Below, piece after piece: positions 15,062 to 23,876 of a DNA stretch of 32,000 nt. Position 1 is the stretch's first letter. Each line of letters starts with the position of its first letter. A program made the position numbers and the translations under genes. Under the pieces are notes generated by a model. That model saw nothing but the letters and a program-made list of their open reading frames with translations, was not told the DNA's origin and did no database searches. Origin of the DNA: Parafilimonas sp. (lineage in GTDB: Bacteria; Bacteroidota; Bacteroidia; Chitinophagales; Chitinophagaceae); the NCBI GenBank assembly GCA_036274175.1, contig DASUGF010000040.1, positions 38,326 to 70,325 of the forward strand, given 5' to 3'.

Positions 15062-18000
15062 ATGGCAGCTAAATACAGAGAATTTCAAGGTTTAAATCTT
15101 CCCACAATTGAGAAAGAAATTTTAAGTAAGTGGGATGCAGAGCAGGCATTTGAAAAAAGCGTTTCGCTAAGAGAAGGTAAAAAACCCTTTGTTTTTTATG
15201 AAGGCCCGCCAAGCGCTAATGGTATGCCCGGCATTCATCATGTGATAGGCCGTACCATAAAAGACCTCATCTGCCGCTATAAGACCATGAAGGGGTTCCA
15301 GGTAAAACGCAAGGGCGGCTGGGACACCCATGGCTTACCCGTTGAGCTGGGCGTTGAAAAAGAATTAGGCATCACCAAAGAAGATATCGGGAAAAAGATC
15401 TCGGTGGAAGATTACAATAAGAAATGCCGGGAAGCGGTACTTCGCTATAAAGACAAATGGGATGATCTAACCAGGCGTATTGGCTACTGGGTTGACCTGG
15501 ATAATCCATACATCACTTTCAATAACGATTATATTGAAACACTTTGGTGGCTGCTGAAACAATTATACAGTAAGGGTTTGCTGTATGAAGATGTAAGCAT
15601 TCAGCCATATTCTCCTGCTGCCGGAACCGGTTTAAGCTCGCATGAACTAAACCAGCCTGGTTGCTATAAAGATGTGAAGGATACTAGTTGCGTGGCGATG
15701 TTCAAGGCACTGATCAATGATAAAAGTGCTTTTTTATTTAAGGCTGCTGAAAAGGCTACGGCTGATGCCGGCGAATGGAAAACGGGAGCTTCGGTTTCAG
15801 AGCTTTTCTTTCTTGCCTGGACAACCACTCCCTGGACATTACCTTCCAATCTCGGCCTGACTGTTGGGTCAAACATTGATTATGTATTGGTGAAAACCTT
15901 CAATCCGTACACGCACCTGCCAATCAATGTAATTCTTGCAAAGGCATTATTAAGCAAATACTTCAAACCCGATGATGAGAACGCATCTTTTGATGCTTAC
16001 GATCCGGCATCCAAAATTCTTCCCTGGGAAATTTTAGCGGAATGTAAAGGTGCAGACCTTGAAGGTATTTCTTATGAACAGCTACTTCCCTTCGAAGCCA
16101 ATAAAACGGATAACCCGAATGCATTCAAAGTGCTGTTGGGTGATTTTGTAACTACTGAAGACGGAACCGGCATAGTACATACTGCCCCTGCATTTGGTGC
16201 AGATGATTTTAGAGTTGGAAAAAAATATGATATCGGCATACTCACGATGGTTGACCGCGAAGGGAAATTTGTAAATGGCCTTGGTGAGTTCAGCAACCGG
16301 TATGTAAAAAATTATAAAGACGAACAGAACTACCAGGATGTAAATGTTGACATCTCTGTAAAACTGAAAAAAGAGAACCGGGCTTTTAAAGTGGAGAAGT
16401 ACGAACACAGCTATCCGCATTGCTGGCGTACCGATAAACCGGTTTTGTACTATCCGCTGGATGCCTGGTTCATCAAAACCACAGCTCTGAAGGAGAGAAT
16501 GGTTGAGTTGAATAAAACCATCAACTGGAAACCAAAAAGCACCGGGGAAGGCCGTTTTGGCAACTGGCTTGAAAATATGGTTGACTGGAATTTGAGCCGC
16601 AGCCGTTTTTGGGGTACACCCTTACCGGTTTGGAGAACAAAAGACGGCGAAGAAGAGATTTGTATTGGCTCGATAGAAGAATTAAAAGCGGAAGCAAAAA
16701 AGGCAGACGATACTATTGATACTATCAACGCGCAATTTTTAGCGGATGATAATCTTGACCTGCATAAGCCACTTGTTGATGAAATTGTATTGGTTTCTTC
16801 GTCAGGCAAACCAATGAAAAGAGTTCCTGACCTGGTGGATGTTTGGTTCGACAGTGGCGCTATGCCTTATGCACAATGGCATTTCCCGTTTGAGAACAAT
16901 AAAATATTTGCTGAAAATTATCCGGCGGACTGTGTTGCGGAAGGAGTTGATCAAACCCGTGGCTGGTTTTATACTTTGCATGCAATAGCGGCACTTATTA
17001 AAGAATCGATACACGAGGAACTAAAGCAGGATGGTTTTGAGGTATCGGATGAAAAGTATCCCGGGCTTGCTTACCGAGCTTGTATCTCAAATGGCCTTGT
17101 ACTCGATAAGAATGGCGTTAAAATGAGCAAACGCCTTGGTAATGTTATCGATCCTTTTAAAACTATTGCCGATTTTGGCGCCGATGCTACCCGCTGGTAC
17201 CTCGTTACCAATGCATCGCCCTGGGATAATTTAAAGTTTGATGTTGACGGCATTAAAGAAGTACAACGAAAGTTTTTCGGCACCTTATATAATCTCTATC
17301 AATTCTTTAGCCTGTACGCCAACGTTGACGGATTTGCATTTAGGGAAAATTATATCTCCGTGTCGCAAAGGCCGGAAATAGACCAATGGATACTCTCTTC
17401 ATTAAATACATTGATAAAGAAGGTGAATGAGGCAATGGATGATTATGAACCTACTATCGCCGGCAGGTTGATCGAAGAATTCCTGGATGAACATTTAAGC
17501 AACTGGTATGTGCGCCTCTGCCGCAGGAGGTTCTGGAAATCTGCCCGCCAAATGACCGATGTAGCGCAGGCAGACGGAAGTGAATATGACCAGGATAAAA
17601 TTGCTGCCTATCAAACCTTATATGAATGCCTTGAAACCATAACGCGCCTTATGGCCCCGGTTTCGCCGTTTTTCAGTGATGCGGTTTTTTGCAACCTGAA
17701 TGCCATCACTAAAAGGTTTGACGCGAATTCTGTTCATCATACCGATTTCCCGGCGGCCAATGAAGGGTTGATCAATAATGCGCTGGAAGAAAGAATGCAA
17801 CTGGCCCAGGATGTATCGTCTTTAATATTATCGCTTCGCAAAAAAGTAAATATCAAGGTGCGCCAGCCGTTGCGAAAGGCTTTAATTCCTGTGTTAAATC
17901 CACAAATGAAAATTCAGTTACAAAAAGTAGAAGATCTTATAAAAACGGAAGTAAATATTAAAGAAATAGAACTGGTAACAGAAGAAGACAACATAATCCA

Positions 18001-18523
18001 TAAAAAAGTAAAACCCAATTTTAAGTTGCTCGGGGCAAAACTCGGCCCTGCCATGAAAGAAGCCGCAGGCGTAATCAGTAACCTCGGCCAGGCACAGATC
18101 AGCGATCTTGAAAAAACCGGCTCAATTGAAATTGAGTTAAAAACCGGGAAATTCTCCATTTCCGCAAACGAAGTGGAAATTATGGCAGAAGATATTCCGG
18201 GCTGGAGCGTTGCCTCAAAAGGAAATTTAACAGTGGCATTGGATATTGAAGTATCGAAAGACCTGGAAATGGAGGGTGATGCAAGGGAATTTGTAAATCG
18301 TGTTCAGAACATAAGAAAAGATAAAGGATTTGAACTCACAGATCGTATATTTATCAGCGTTCTTGACAATACTGCGCTTAAACCGTCTATAAATACATTT
18401 AAAAACTATATTTGCGCCGAAATTTTGGCAGATAACCTTAACTGGGTGCCGGAAATAAAGGATGGCACTGAGATTGAAGTTAATGACAACCTGTTGAAAG
18501 TGAGCGTAAATAAAAAAGGATAA
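15062..18523 (+). CDS. ileS: Isoleucyl-tRNA synthetase, type 2 (long, eukaryote-like form)
   Basis: ORF 14975-18523; ATG 15062 preferred (MAAKYREFQGLNLPTIEKEIL...). The upstream extension overlaps the promoter and terminator. It has a HIGH-type motif in PPSANGMPGIHHVIGR, KMSKS as GVKMSKRLGN, and an editing-domain signature in AWTTTPWTLPSN. Confidence 0.95.
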   Translation: MAAKYREFQGLNLPTIEKEILSKWDAEQAFEKSVSLREGKKPFVFYEGPPSANGMPGIHHVIGRTIKDLICRYKTMKGFQVKRKGGWDTHGLPVELGVEKELGITKEDIGKKISVEDYNKKCREAVLRYKDKWDDLTRRIGYWVDLDNPYITFNNDYIETLWWLLKQLYSKGLLYEDVSIQPYSPAAGTGLSSHELNQPGCYKDVKDTSCVAMFKALINDKSAFLFKAAEKATADAGEWKTGASVSELFFLAWTTTPWTLPSNLGLTVGSNIDYVLVKTFNPYTHLPINVILAKALLSKYFKPDDENASFDAYDPASKILPWEILAECKGADLEGISYEQLLPFEANKTDNPNAFKVLLGDFVTTEDGTGIVHTAPAFGADDFRVGKKYDIGILTMVDREGKFVNGLGEFSNRYVKNYKDEQNYQDVNVDISVKLKKENRAFKVEKYEHSYPHCWRTDKPVLYYPLDAWFIKTTALKERMVELNKTINWKPKSTGEGRFGNWLENMVDWNLSRSRFWGTPLPVWRTKDGEEEICIGSIEELKAEAKKADDTIDTINAQFLADDNLDLHKPLVDEIVLVSSSGKPMKRVPDLVDVWFDSGAMPYAQWHFPFENNKIFAENYPADCVAEGVDQTRGWFYTLHAIAALIKESIHEELKQDGFEVSDEKYPGLAYRACISNGLVLDKNGVKMSKRLGNVIDPFKTIADFGADATRWYLVTNASPWDNLKFDVDGIKEVQRKFFGTLYNLYQFFSLYANVDGFAFRENYISVSQRPEIDQWILSSLNTLIKKVNEAMDDYEPTIAGRLIEEFLDEHLSNWYVRLCRRRFWKSARQMTDVAQADGSEYDQDKIAAYQTLYECLETITRLMAPVSPFFSDAVFCNLNAITKRFDANSVHHTDFPAANEGLINNALEERMQLAQDVSSLILSLRKKVNIKVRQPLRKALIPVLNPQMKIQLQKVEDLIKTEVNIKEIELVTEEDNIIHKKVKPNFKLLGAKLGPAMKEAAGVISNLGQAQISDLEKTGSIEIELKTGKFSISANEVEIMAEDIPGWSVASKGNLTVALDIEVSKDLEMEGDAREFVNRVQNIRKDKGFELTDRIFISVLDNTALKPSINTFKNYICAEILADNLNWVPEIKDGTEIEVNDNLLKVSVNKKG

Positions 18524-18529
18524 CGTACT

Positions 18530-19378
18530 ATGCCACAGAAAAAATCAATTAAAAAAACAACTAAACCCCCGGTAAAAAAAACTGCCCCTGCAAAGAAAGC
18601 AGCGCCTAAGTCAGTTAAAAAATCTGTTAAAAAGTCAGCACCTAAAGCAGCTAAGCCTGTGGCAAAAGCAAAGAGTAAGCCTGTTGCTGCAAAAAAAGTG
18701 TCGGCAAAGCCGGCAGCCAAACCGGCAAAACCAGTAAAAAAAGCGGCGCCGGCAAAAAACGCAATTAATCAAAACGTAAAACCTGTTGTTCACAAGCAGG
18801 AAAAACATACAGAATCAATGTCAAAATCAAAAAAGCAAGAAGAAAAACCGGTAATCCCGGTAAAAAAGGCAGCGAAAAAAGAGGAACCGGTAAAAGAGGT
18901 GAAACTGCCTAAAATCACCGCCAAAACGAGTGTTCCATACCAGCCTTCTTACAAGTCGCTCGAGCAAAGGCAGGAACCGTCAAAATTAGCTGAACCATTA
19001 GTTCGGTATAGTGATAATGAGCTGAATGAGTTCCGGGAACTGATCCAGAGGAAACTCGACGCTGCAAAAAAAGAGCTGGCATATTTGCAGGGACTGATCA
19101 CCCGTAAAGACGATATGGGAGGTGATGAAAGTGAAAACCGCTACATGACGATGGAAGACGGTAGCATCAGTATGGAAAGAGAGCAGTTAAGTCAGATGGC
19201 GAGCCGCCAGATCACCTATATCGATCATCTTGAAAAAGCATTGATCAGGATTGAAAATAAAACTTACGGTATTTGCCGTGTAACCGGCAGGCTGATTGAC
19301 AAAGCCCGTTTACGTGCCGTGCCCCACGCCACTTTAAGCCTTGAAGCTAAATTGGGGCTGGTAAAAGCAGGTGAATAG
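18530..19378 (+). CDS. DksA/TraR-family protein with a long Lys/Ala/Pro-rich histone-H1-like N-terminal extension
   Basis: It starts 6 nt after the ileS stop. Residues ~1-155 are KKxAPAKK-type low complexity (PVKKTAPAKKAAPKSVKKSVKKSAPKAAKPVAKAKSKPVAAKKVSAKPAAKPAKPVKKAAPAK) followed by a K/E-rich linker. The C-terminal ~125 aa (RYSDNELNEFRELIQRKLDAAKKELAYLQG...IENKTYGICRVTGRLIDKARLRAVPHATLSLEAK) form a DksA/TraR coiled coil plus globular domain. The whole protein has a single Cys. Confidence 0.8.
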   Translation: MPQKKSIKKTTKPPVKKTAPAKKAAPKSVKKSVKKSAPKAAKPVAKAKSKPVAAKKVSAKPAAKPAKPVKKAAPAKNAINQNVKPVVHKQEKHTESMSKSKKQEEKPVIPVKKAAKKEEPVKEVKLPKITAKTSVPYQPSYKSLEQRQEPSKLAEPLVRYSDNELNEFRELIQRKLDAAKKELAYLQGLITRKDDMGGDESENRYMTMEDGSISMEREQLSQMASRQITYIDHLEKALIRIENKTYGICRVTGRLIDKARLRAVPHATLSLEAKLGLVKAGE

Positions 19379-19399
19379 GAATTAGAAAACAATATTCAA

Positions 19400-19434
19400 A
19401 AAGCCGCTTTGAGTAAAGGCGGCTTTACTTTTTT
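19400..19434 (+). terminator. Intrinsic terminator after the dksA-like gene
   Basis: AAAGCCGC (19400-19407) pairs with GCGGCTTT (19419-19426), 11-nt loop, followed by a T-run (ACTTTTTT, to 19434). Confidence 0.65.
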
Positions 19435-19582
19435 AGTGAAATCAGTACGGCTGAAACCCAGTTAATTTAGGGAACCTTTAATTCCAGGGATGTTATTATT
19501 TTCAATTTGCACAGTTGCATTTAAATTTATTAGACTTTCGATTCATCGTTATTCAAAGAAACTCTTGAATATAAAAAGTTCT

Positions 19583-20179
19583 TTAACAGGCATTTTTTAA
19601 TTTACGCAGGCTATGAATACATCTTAGCCGGCACGTCTTTACTACAAATGGTGTTTTAAAATTCATTTCTACAGCAATTTCCTTATCTGTATAGCCTTCT
19701 GCGCAAAGAAGGATCAAACGTTGCCTTTTATCGCATAATTTTTTGAGCTGTTCCTTTAATGTATCCATTTCCGTTCTTTCAATTAATTTTTCCAGGACAG
19801 ATTGTGACGGATCTGATAGGTGCATTTGACTTCCGTTAATTGCCACGGTTCTGTGAACACTGTTTCTGCGTGTTGTGTTTTTCCTCAAAATGTCTATGCA
19901 TTTATTTTGAAAAATTTGAAACAGAAAAGTCTTCAGTGAAGATTTTTCCCGGAAGGAGTAATTAATTATTGATTCAATGGCCGCAAGAATGGTGTCTGAG
20001 TAAGCGTCGGATATGCTATCCTTAGGTAACGAATATTTATTTATCCCCAGATTCATAAAATAGTCATATTGCTTAAAAAGCTGTTCTTCACCTTTCCTTC
20101 TTATAATGGGGGAAGACGACCTGAGACTGTTTAATATCTCTTGTTCAGCAAATTGCTTCTTTTCGGTTAAGCGTGCCAT
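19583..20179 (-). CDS. Sigma-70 family (ECF-type) RNA polymerase sigma factor
   Basis: ORF 19583-20257; ATG at 20179 preferred (MARLTEKKQFAEQEI...). Region 2-like: QLFKQYDYFM...SDAYSDTILAAIESI...LKTFLFQIFQNKCIDILRK. Region 4 HTH: RQRLILLCAEGYTDKEIAVEMNFKTPFVVKTCRLRCIHSLRKL. A TAatTTTG box lies on the - strand at 20247-20240. Confidence 0.75.
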   Translation of the reverse strand: MARLTEKKQFAEQEILNSLRSSSPIIRRKGEEQLFKQYDYFMNLGINKYSLPKDSISDAYSDTILAAIESIINYSFREKSSLKTFLFQIFQNKCIDILRKNTTRRNSVHRTVAINGSQMHLSDPSQSVLEKLIERTEMDTLKEQLKKLCDKRQRLILLCAEGYTDKEIAVEMNFKTPFVVKTCRLRCIHSLRKLKNAC

Positions 20180-20620
20180 GGTAGTAAATTTTATATTAAT
20201 AGGTTCTTTTAATGTCTTGCAATCAAGATCTTTCCAATTCAAAATTATTTTTGACAATTCGCCTCTGCTAATTGATTTAAGCGGAACTATTAACTAAAAA
20301 CTGCAATATTTCCTAATAGAAGCAACCGGGTTCCAACGCGACGCGGGAATTAATTTCCGGGGGGAATTATTATGCCTCTGTACTCAGATCCTGCAAAATT
20401 CTTTTCCCGGTTCAGCAGATTTTACTAAAATGAAGAGGAATGTCCCCAGGTAATTTGAAAGAAGTAGCCGGAACACACGCATGGTCTGGTCATGCTGATC
20501 TGTTTTTGAGCTTAAGCTGGTTACGAATATTATCACGGACCTTAGTTGGTACCAATAGCCATCTATCGGGTTCCCGCTAACTTATTCATTAACTTCACTA
20601 TCACATAGCTGCTGCGAAAA

Positions 20621-20848
20621 ATGCCGGCCAACTCATTTTCTGAAAATATTTTTTTACTTATGTGCGTCTTGGGAACGCTGCAGGGTTTTCTTTTGGCCGC
20701 ACTTATATCATTCCATCCAAAAAGCGACAAGTCTGTAAATAAGTTATTGGCATTGTACATTTTATGCGCATCCTGCCGAATTCATTCCTGTAGAAGGTTT
20801 AAGAAGACCGGCAACACTGATCAATATTCTCGTAATTCTGTAAAATAG
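20621..20848 (+). pseudogene. Possible N-terminal remnant of a membrane-anchored AraC-type regulator
   Basis: The first ~50 residues (NIFLLMCVLGTLQGFLLAALISFHPKSDKSVNKLLALYILCAS) resemble the N-terminal transmembrane pattern of Bacteroidetes AraC-family HTH proteins. The ORF then degenerates and stops after 75 codons, with no HTH domain downstream. This rests on recognition only. Confidence 0.3.
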
Positions 20849-20893
20849 ATATTGGAAGAAGAGCCTTGCAGCAAAAAAGTAAAAACATTAAAT

Positions 20894-21262
20894 ATGTGGG
20901 TAACTGAATCACTTTGGTTTGAAATAGCCATCGTAAGCATAATATATGCTTTGGGTAACATTTTGTTCGGCCACTTTGAGGAACAGACACCAAAGATCCG
21001 CAGGGTTGGCAAATATGTTTTGACACTGATAATCGTTTGTTGTATCTCGGTCTTTTTCAGCCGGACAATAGCGATGATCTTCCTGGGAATTTTCATTTTT
21101 CCTTTCTTATATATACATGGTTATTTTTTGCCAAAGAAAAAAGGTATTAACGGTTGGACCGGCGAACCCAAATCAAAATATTATGACTTCAGGGGTTGGA
21201 ACAAAAACATTTTTGGCGATGCCGGCGGCATGCAAAAAAATGCCGGGCCAAAAAATGAGTAG
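20894..21262 (+). CDS. Small integral membrane protein of unknown family (122 aa)
   Basis: ORF 20852-21262; ATG 20894 preferred (MWVTESLWFEIAIVSIIYALGNILFGHF...). It has three hydrophobic segments and a basic, aromatic C-terminal tail (PKKKGINGWTGEPKSKYYDFRGWNKNIFG). Confidence 0.5.
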   Translation: MWVTESLWFEIAIVSIIYALGNILFGHFEEQTPKIRRVGKYVLTLIIVCCISVFFSRTIAMIFLGIFIFPFLYIHGYFLPKKKGINGWTGEPKSKYYDFRGWNKNIFGDAGGMQKNAGPKNE

Positions 21263-21715
21263 AATTTCTCCTCATTTATATACGCTCCGAACTCTATTCA
21301 TCAGCAAAATTCAAACCTTCCGTTTGAATCTGTAAATCCGAACTTCACTAACAACTGCCAGTAAATATCTCTTTACTTATTGGTTTTCTTTCCCTCGGAA
21401 AATCCGAACGATCGTTACAAAAGTCAGAGCTACTATAGATTGTTCGGATTGATGAATCGGAACAGTACCAGCTTTCCGCCATCTCCTTTTTTGCCGTCGA
21501 ATCAAATTTCTCATTTCGAACAATAATTATGAACAAACATCCTCAGATCGAAAAACCGTGTACACAAACCGACACAATTACAAAAGTGAAAGACAAAAAG
21601 ATGGAAAGTGGCTGCAAACGGTGTATCAATTTTTTAGCTTTCGCCGCATTGTATTGCGTACCCCATTTTAAATCTTCCGGTTCTTTGTTTCAATCTTCCG
21701 CTTTGATGAACTGCA

Positions 21716-21748
21716 TTTGCAAAGAGGTAGATTAGAATTTTATCTTTG
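21716..21748 (+). promoter_or_regulatory. Consensus Bacteroidetes promoter for the alpha/beta hydrolase gene
   Basis: TTTG (21716-21719), 21-nt spacer, TAtcTTTG (21741-21748), 27 nt upstream of the ATG at 21776. Confidence 0.55.
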
Positions 21749-21775
21749 ATAAGAATAATTCAAAGAAATCAACAA

Positions 21776-22660
21776 ATGCAGGAATCGAATCAATTCAGGA
21801 CAATTGAAATATCAGGTTTTAAATTAAATTGTCTCGTTGAGGGAGAAGGTATGCCGGTGTTGGTACCGGGCAGCGCAATCTATTATCCAAGGATTTTTTC
21901 CCCCGAAATTAAACAGCATCTTCAGTTTATACATATTGATCACAGGGGATTTGTTCCACCGCCGCCTGAAGAACTTGACAATTCCGTTTTTGATCTTGAT
22001 GTTTTAATTGAAGACTTTGAAGAGGCAAGAGCCTGCCTGGGTTTGGAAAACTTTATCGTAATGGGCCATTCAGGTCATGCATTCATGGCATTGGAATATG
22101 CGAAGAAATACCAGGAACACGTAAAAGGGGTGGTCATGATCGGCGCAGCGCCCGACTATAGCCACGCAACACATAAAGCTGCTGCCGGTTTTTTTGAACA
22201 AGAAGCATCGTCCGAAAGAAAGAAAGCATTTGAAAAGGGAATGGCAAACTTACAGGAAATGATCGCCGCAGACCCTGAAAAGAGATTTGTAAGTTATTGC
22301 CTGGCTGCAGCAGCAAAGAGTTGGTTTGATCATGATTTTCATGCTGCTCCCCTTTGGGAAGACTTATATACAAACATGCAGGCCATTGATCATATCTGGG
22401 GTGTTGTTTTCAGGGATATTGATATTACAAAAGGATTAAACGACTTCAACAAGCCGGTTTTATTGATGTTGGGCAAATACGATTTTCTCACCGGTCCAAC
22501 AGAATTGTGGGATGATATAAAAAACAATTTTAAAGACATCACGATCAGGGTGTTTGAGAAAAGTGCCCATTGCCCGATGTACGAAGAAGCTGAGCTTTTT
22601 GATAAGGCACTATTAAGCTGGCTGTCAGCAAAACAAATAGCAAACACAAACGGCTGGTAG
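21776..22660 (+). CDS. Alpha/beta-fold hydrolase (proline iminopeptidase/esterase-like)
   Basis: ORF 21746-22660 starts at TTG, inside the promoter; ATG 21776 preferred. It has a nucleophile elbow GHSGHAF (GxSxG), HRGF upstream, and a C-terminal His in EKSAHCPMYE. Confidence 0.8.
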   Translation: MQESNQFRTIEISGFKLNCLVEGEGMPVLVPGSAIYYPRIFSPEIKQHLQFIHIDHRGFVPPPPEELDNSVFDLDVLIEDFEEARACLGLENFIVMGHSGHAFMALEYAKKYQEHVKGVVMIGAAPDYSHATHKAAAGFFEQEASSERKKAFEKGMANLQEMIAADPEKRFVSYCLAAAAKSWFDHDFHAAPLWEDLYTNMQAIDHIWGVVFRDIDITKGLNDFNKPVLLMLGKYDFLTGPTELWDDIKNNFKDITIRVFEKSAHCPMYEEAELFDKALLSWLSAKQIANTNGW

Positions 22661-23085
22661 CTAAACGGCCTATAATTTCCGCTTGTAATAATAATCTTAT
22701 TCGCTGTCTTCTTTAATAAGGATATACAGTATGGCGAAGCTTTTTTGAAAAATTCATGAAATAGAAGTTTGGTGAGACAGAATTGACAATCCGATCAGAA
22801 CGTCCTGTTCAGCACGATAAGTTTGTGCTGCAATCCGATTCCCCTTCTTTTGCGAACCGGAAAATTGCAAATGCAGGTTGGCTGGTGATTAATTGAAAAA
22901 AGATTCCATTTCTGTTTAAAAATTTTCTGTTTCATCGTCTATAAATGGCGGTTCACCGATTAATTATTGCTATTGCGGCGAACGCTTTGTCATTTTGTAA
23001 TAAAGTTTTAACAATCGTGTATATATAAAAAACCCGTTCTTATTGTCTTCTTAAGAAGCCAAGAGGGTATAATTCTAAGAATGTT

Positions 23086-23868
23086 ATGAAAAAGGTTTAT
23101 GAGTTATTGATGGTTCTTCTTACAGGCATACCGCTGTTGGCCTTTTCGCAGTCCGATTTAACGACGGCGCATGCGTTCCAGCCCAACGAAAAAATAAGTT
23201 ACAATGTTTATTATAATGTAATTGGCATTTATGTAAATGCGGGTACCGCCAGCTTTACCACATCAAGTGAAAGGTTTCAAAATACCGATGTATTTCATGT
23301 AGTAGGGGAAGGAGCAACCAATCCAAGATATGACTGGATATTTAAAGTGAGGGATCGTTATGAAAGTTATTTTAGCAGCACAGACCTACAGCCTTTAAAA
23401 TTCATCCGCCAGATAAACGAAGGGAAATATAAAAAACACGAAGAGGTAACTTTCAACCAGGAGGCGAATACAGCAACCACAAAGAACGGCGTGTATAAAG
23501 TGCCCGAAAATGTGCAGGATGTTATCAGCGTTATGTATTATGCCCGCAATGTTAATTACGACCAGTATAAAACCGGCGATAAAATTCCTTTCAGTATGTT
23601 CCTGGATGACAAGGTGTATAACATGTACATCCATTATATAGGCAAGGAAACGGTAAAAACCAGGTATGGTACATTCAAGGCTATTAAATTAAAACCCCTG
23701 TTATTAAAAGGCAGCATTTTTGACGGCGGTGAAAAGATGACGATATGGGTAACCGATGATCCCAACCATATCCCGGTGCGTGTTGAAAGCCCGATCGTTG
23801 TGGGGAGCGTTAAGTGTGACCTGATGCACTATGAAAATCTCCGGCATCCGATAACAGCACTCAGATAA
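23086..23868 (+). CDS. DUF3108-like secreted protein
   Basis: Signal peptide MKKVYELLMVLLTGIPLLAFSQ. The body (EKISYNVYYNVIGIYVNAGTASFT...YGTFKAIKLKPLLLKGSIFDGGEKMTIWVTDDPNHIPVRVESPIVVGSVKCDL) resembles DUF3108 family proteins. Confidence 0.7.
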   Translation: MKKVYELLMVLLTGIPLLAFSQSDLTTAHAFQPNEKISYNVYYNVIGIYVNAGTASFTTSSERFQNTDVFHVVGEGATNPRYDWIFKVRDRYESYFSSTDLQPLKFIRQINEGKYKKHEEVTFNQEANTATTKNGVYKVPENVQDVISVMYYARNVNYDQYKTGDKIPFSMFLDDKVYNMYIHYIGKETVKTRYGTFKAIKLKPLLLKGSIFDGGEKMTIWVTDDPNHIPVRVESPIVVGSVKCDLMHYENLRHPITALR

Positions 23869-23876
23869 TTAAGCGC

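Noticed and set aside
18406-18720. 104-aa - strand ORF rich in A/G/F/L
   Set aside because: It is the antisense reading of the Lys/Ala/Pro-rich coding repeats of the dksA-like gene and overlaps the ileS 3' end. It is a compositional artefact.
18530-19378. Searched for the canonical CxxC-N17-CxxC zinc finger in the DksA/TraR-like protein
   Set aside because: The whole protein has only one cysteine, so I did not annotate it as a C4 zinc-finger protein.
19380-20620. Searched for an anti-sigma factor gene next to the ECF-type sigma factor
   Set aside because: Neither flank has an ORF of adequate length with a transmembrane or zinc-binding anti-sigma signature. I report the sigma factor as orphan rather than inventing a partner.
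21348-21735. ORFs 21348-21536 (-) and 21529-21735 (+, Cys-rich 68 aa) upstream of the hydrolase gene
   Set aside because: Neither has a recognisable domain. The + ORF ends inside the consensus hydrolase promoter and has no promoter of its own that I could find. I treated the region as non-coding or regulatory (see the motif-cluster finding).
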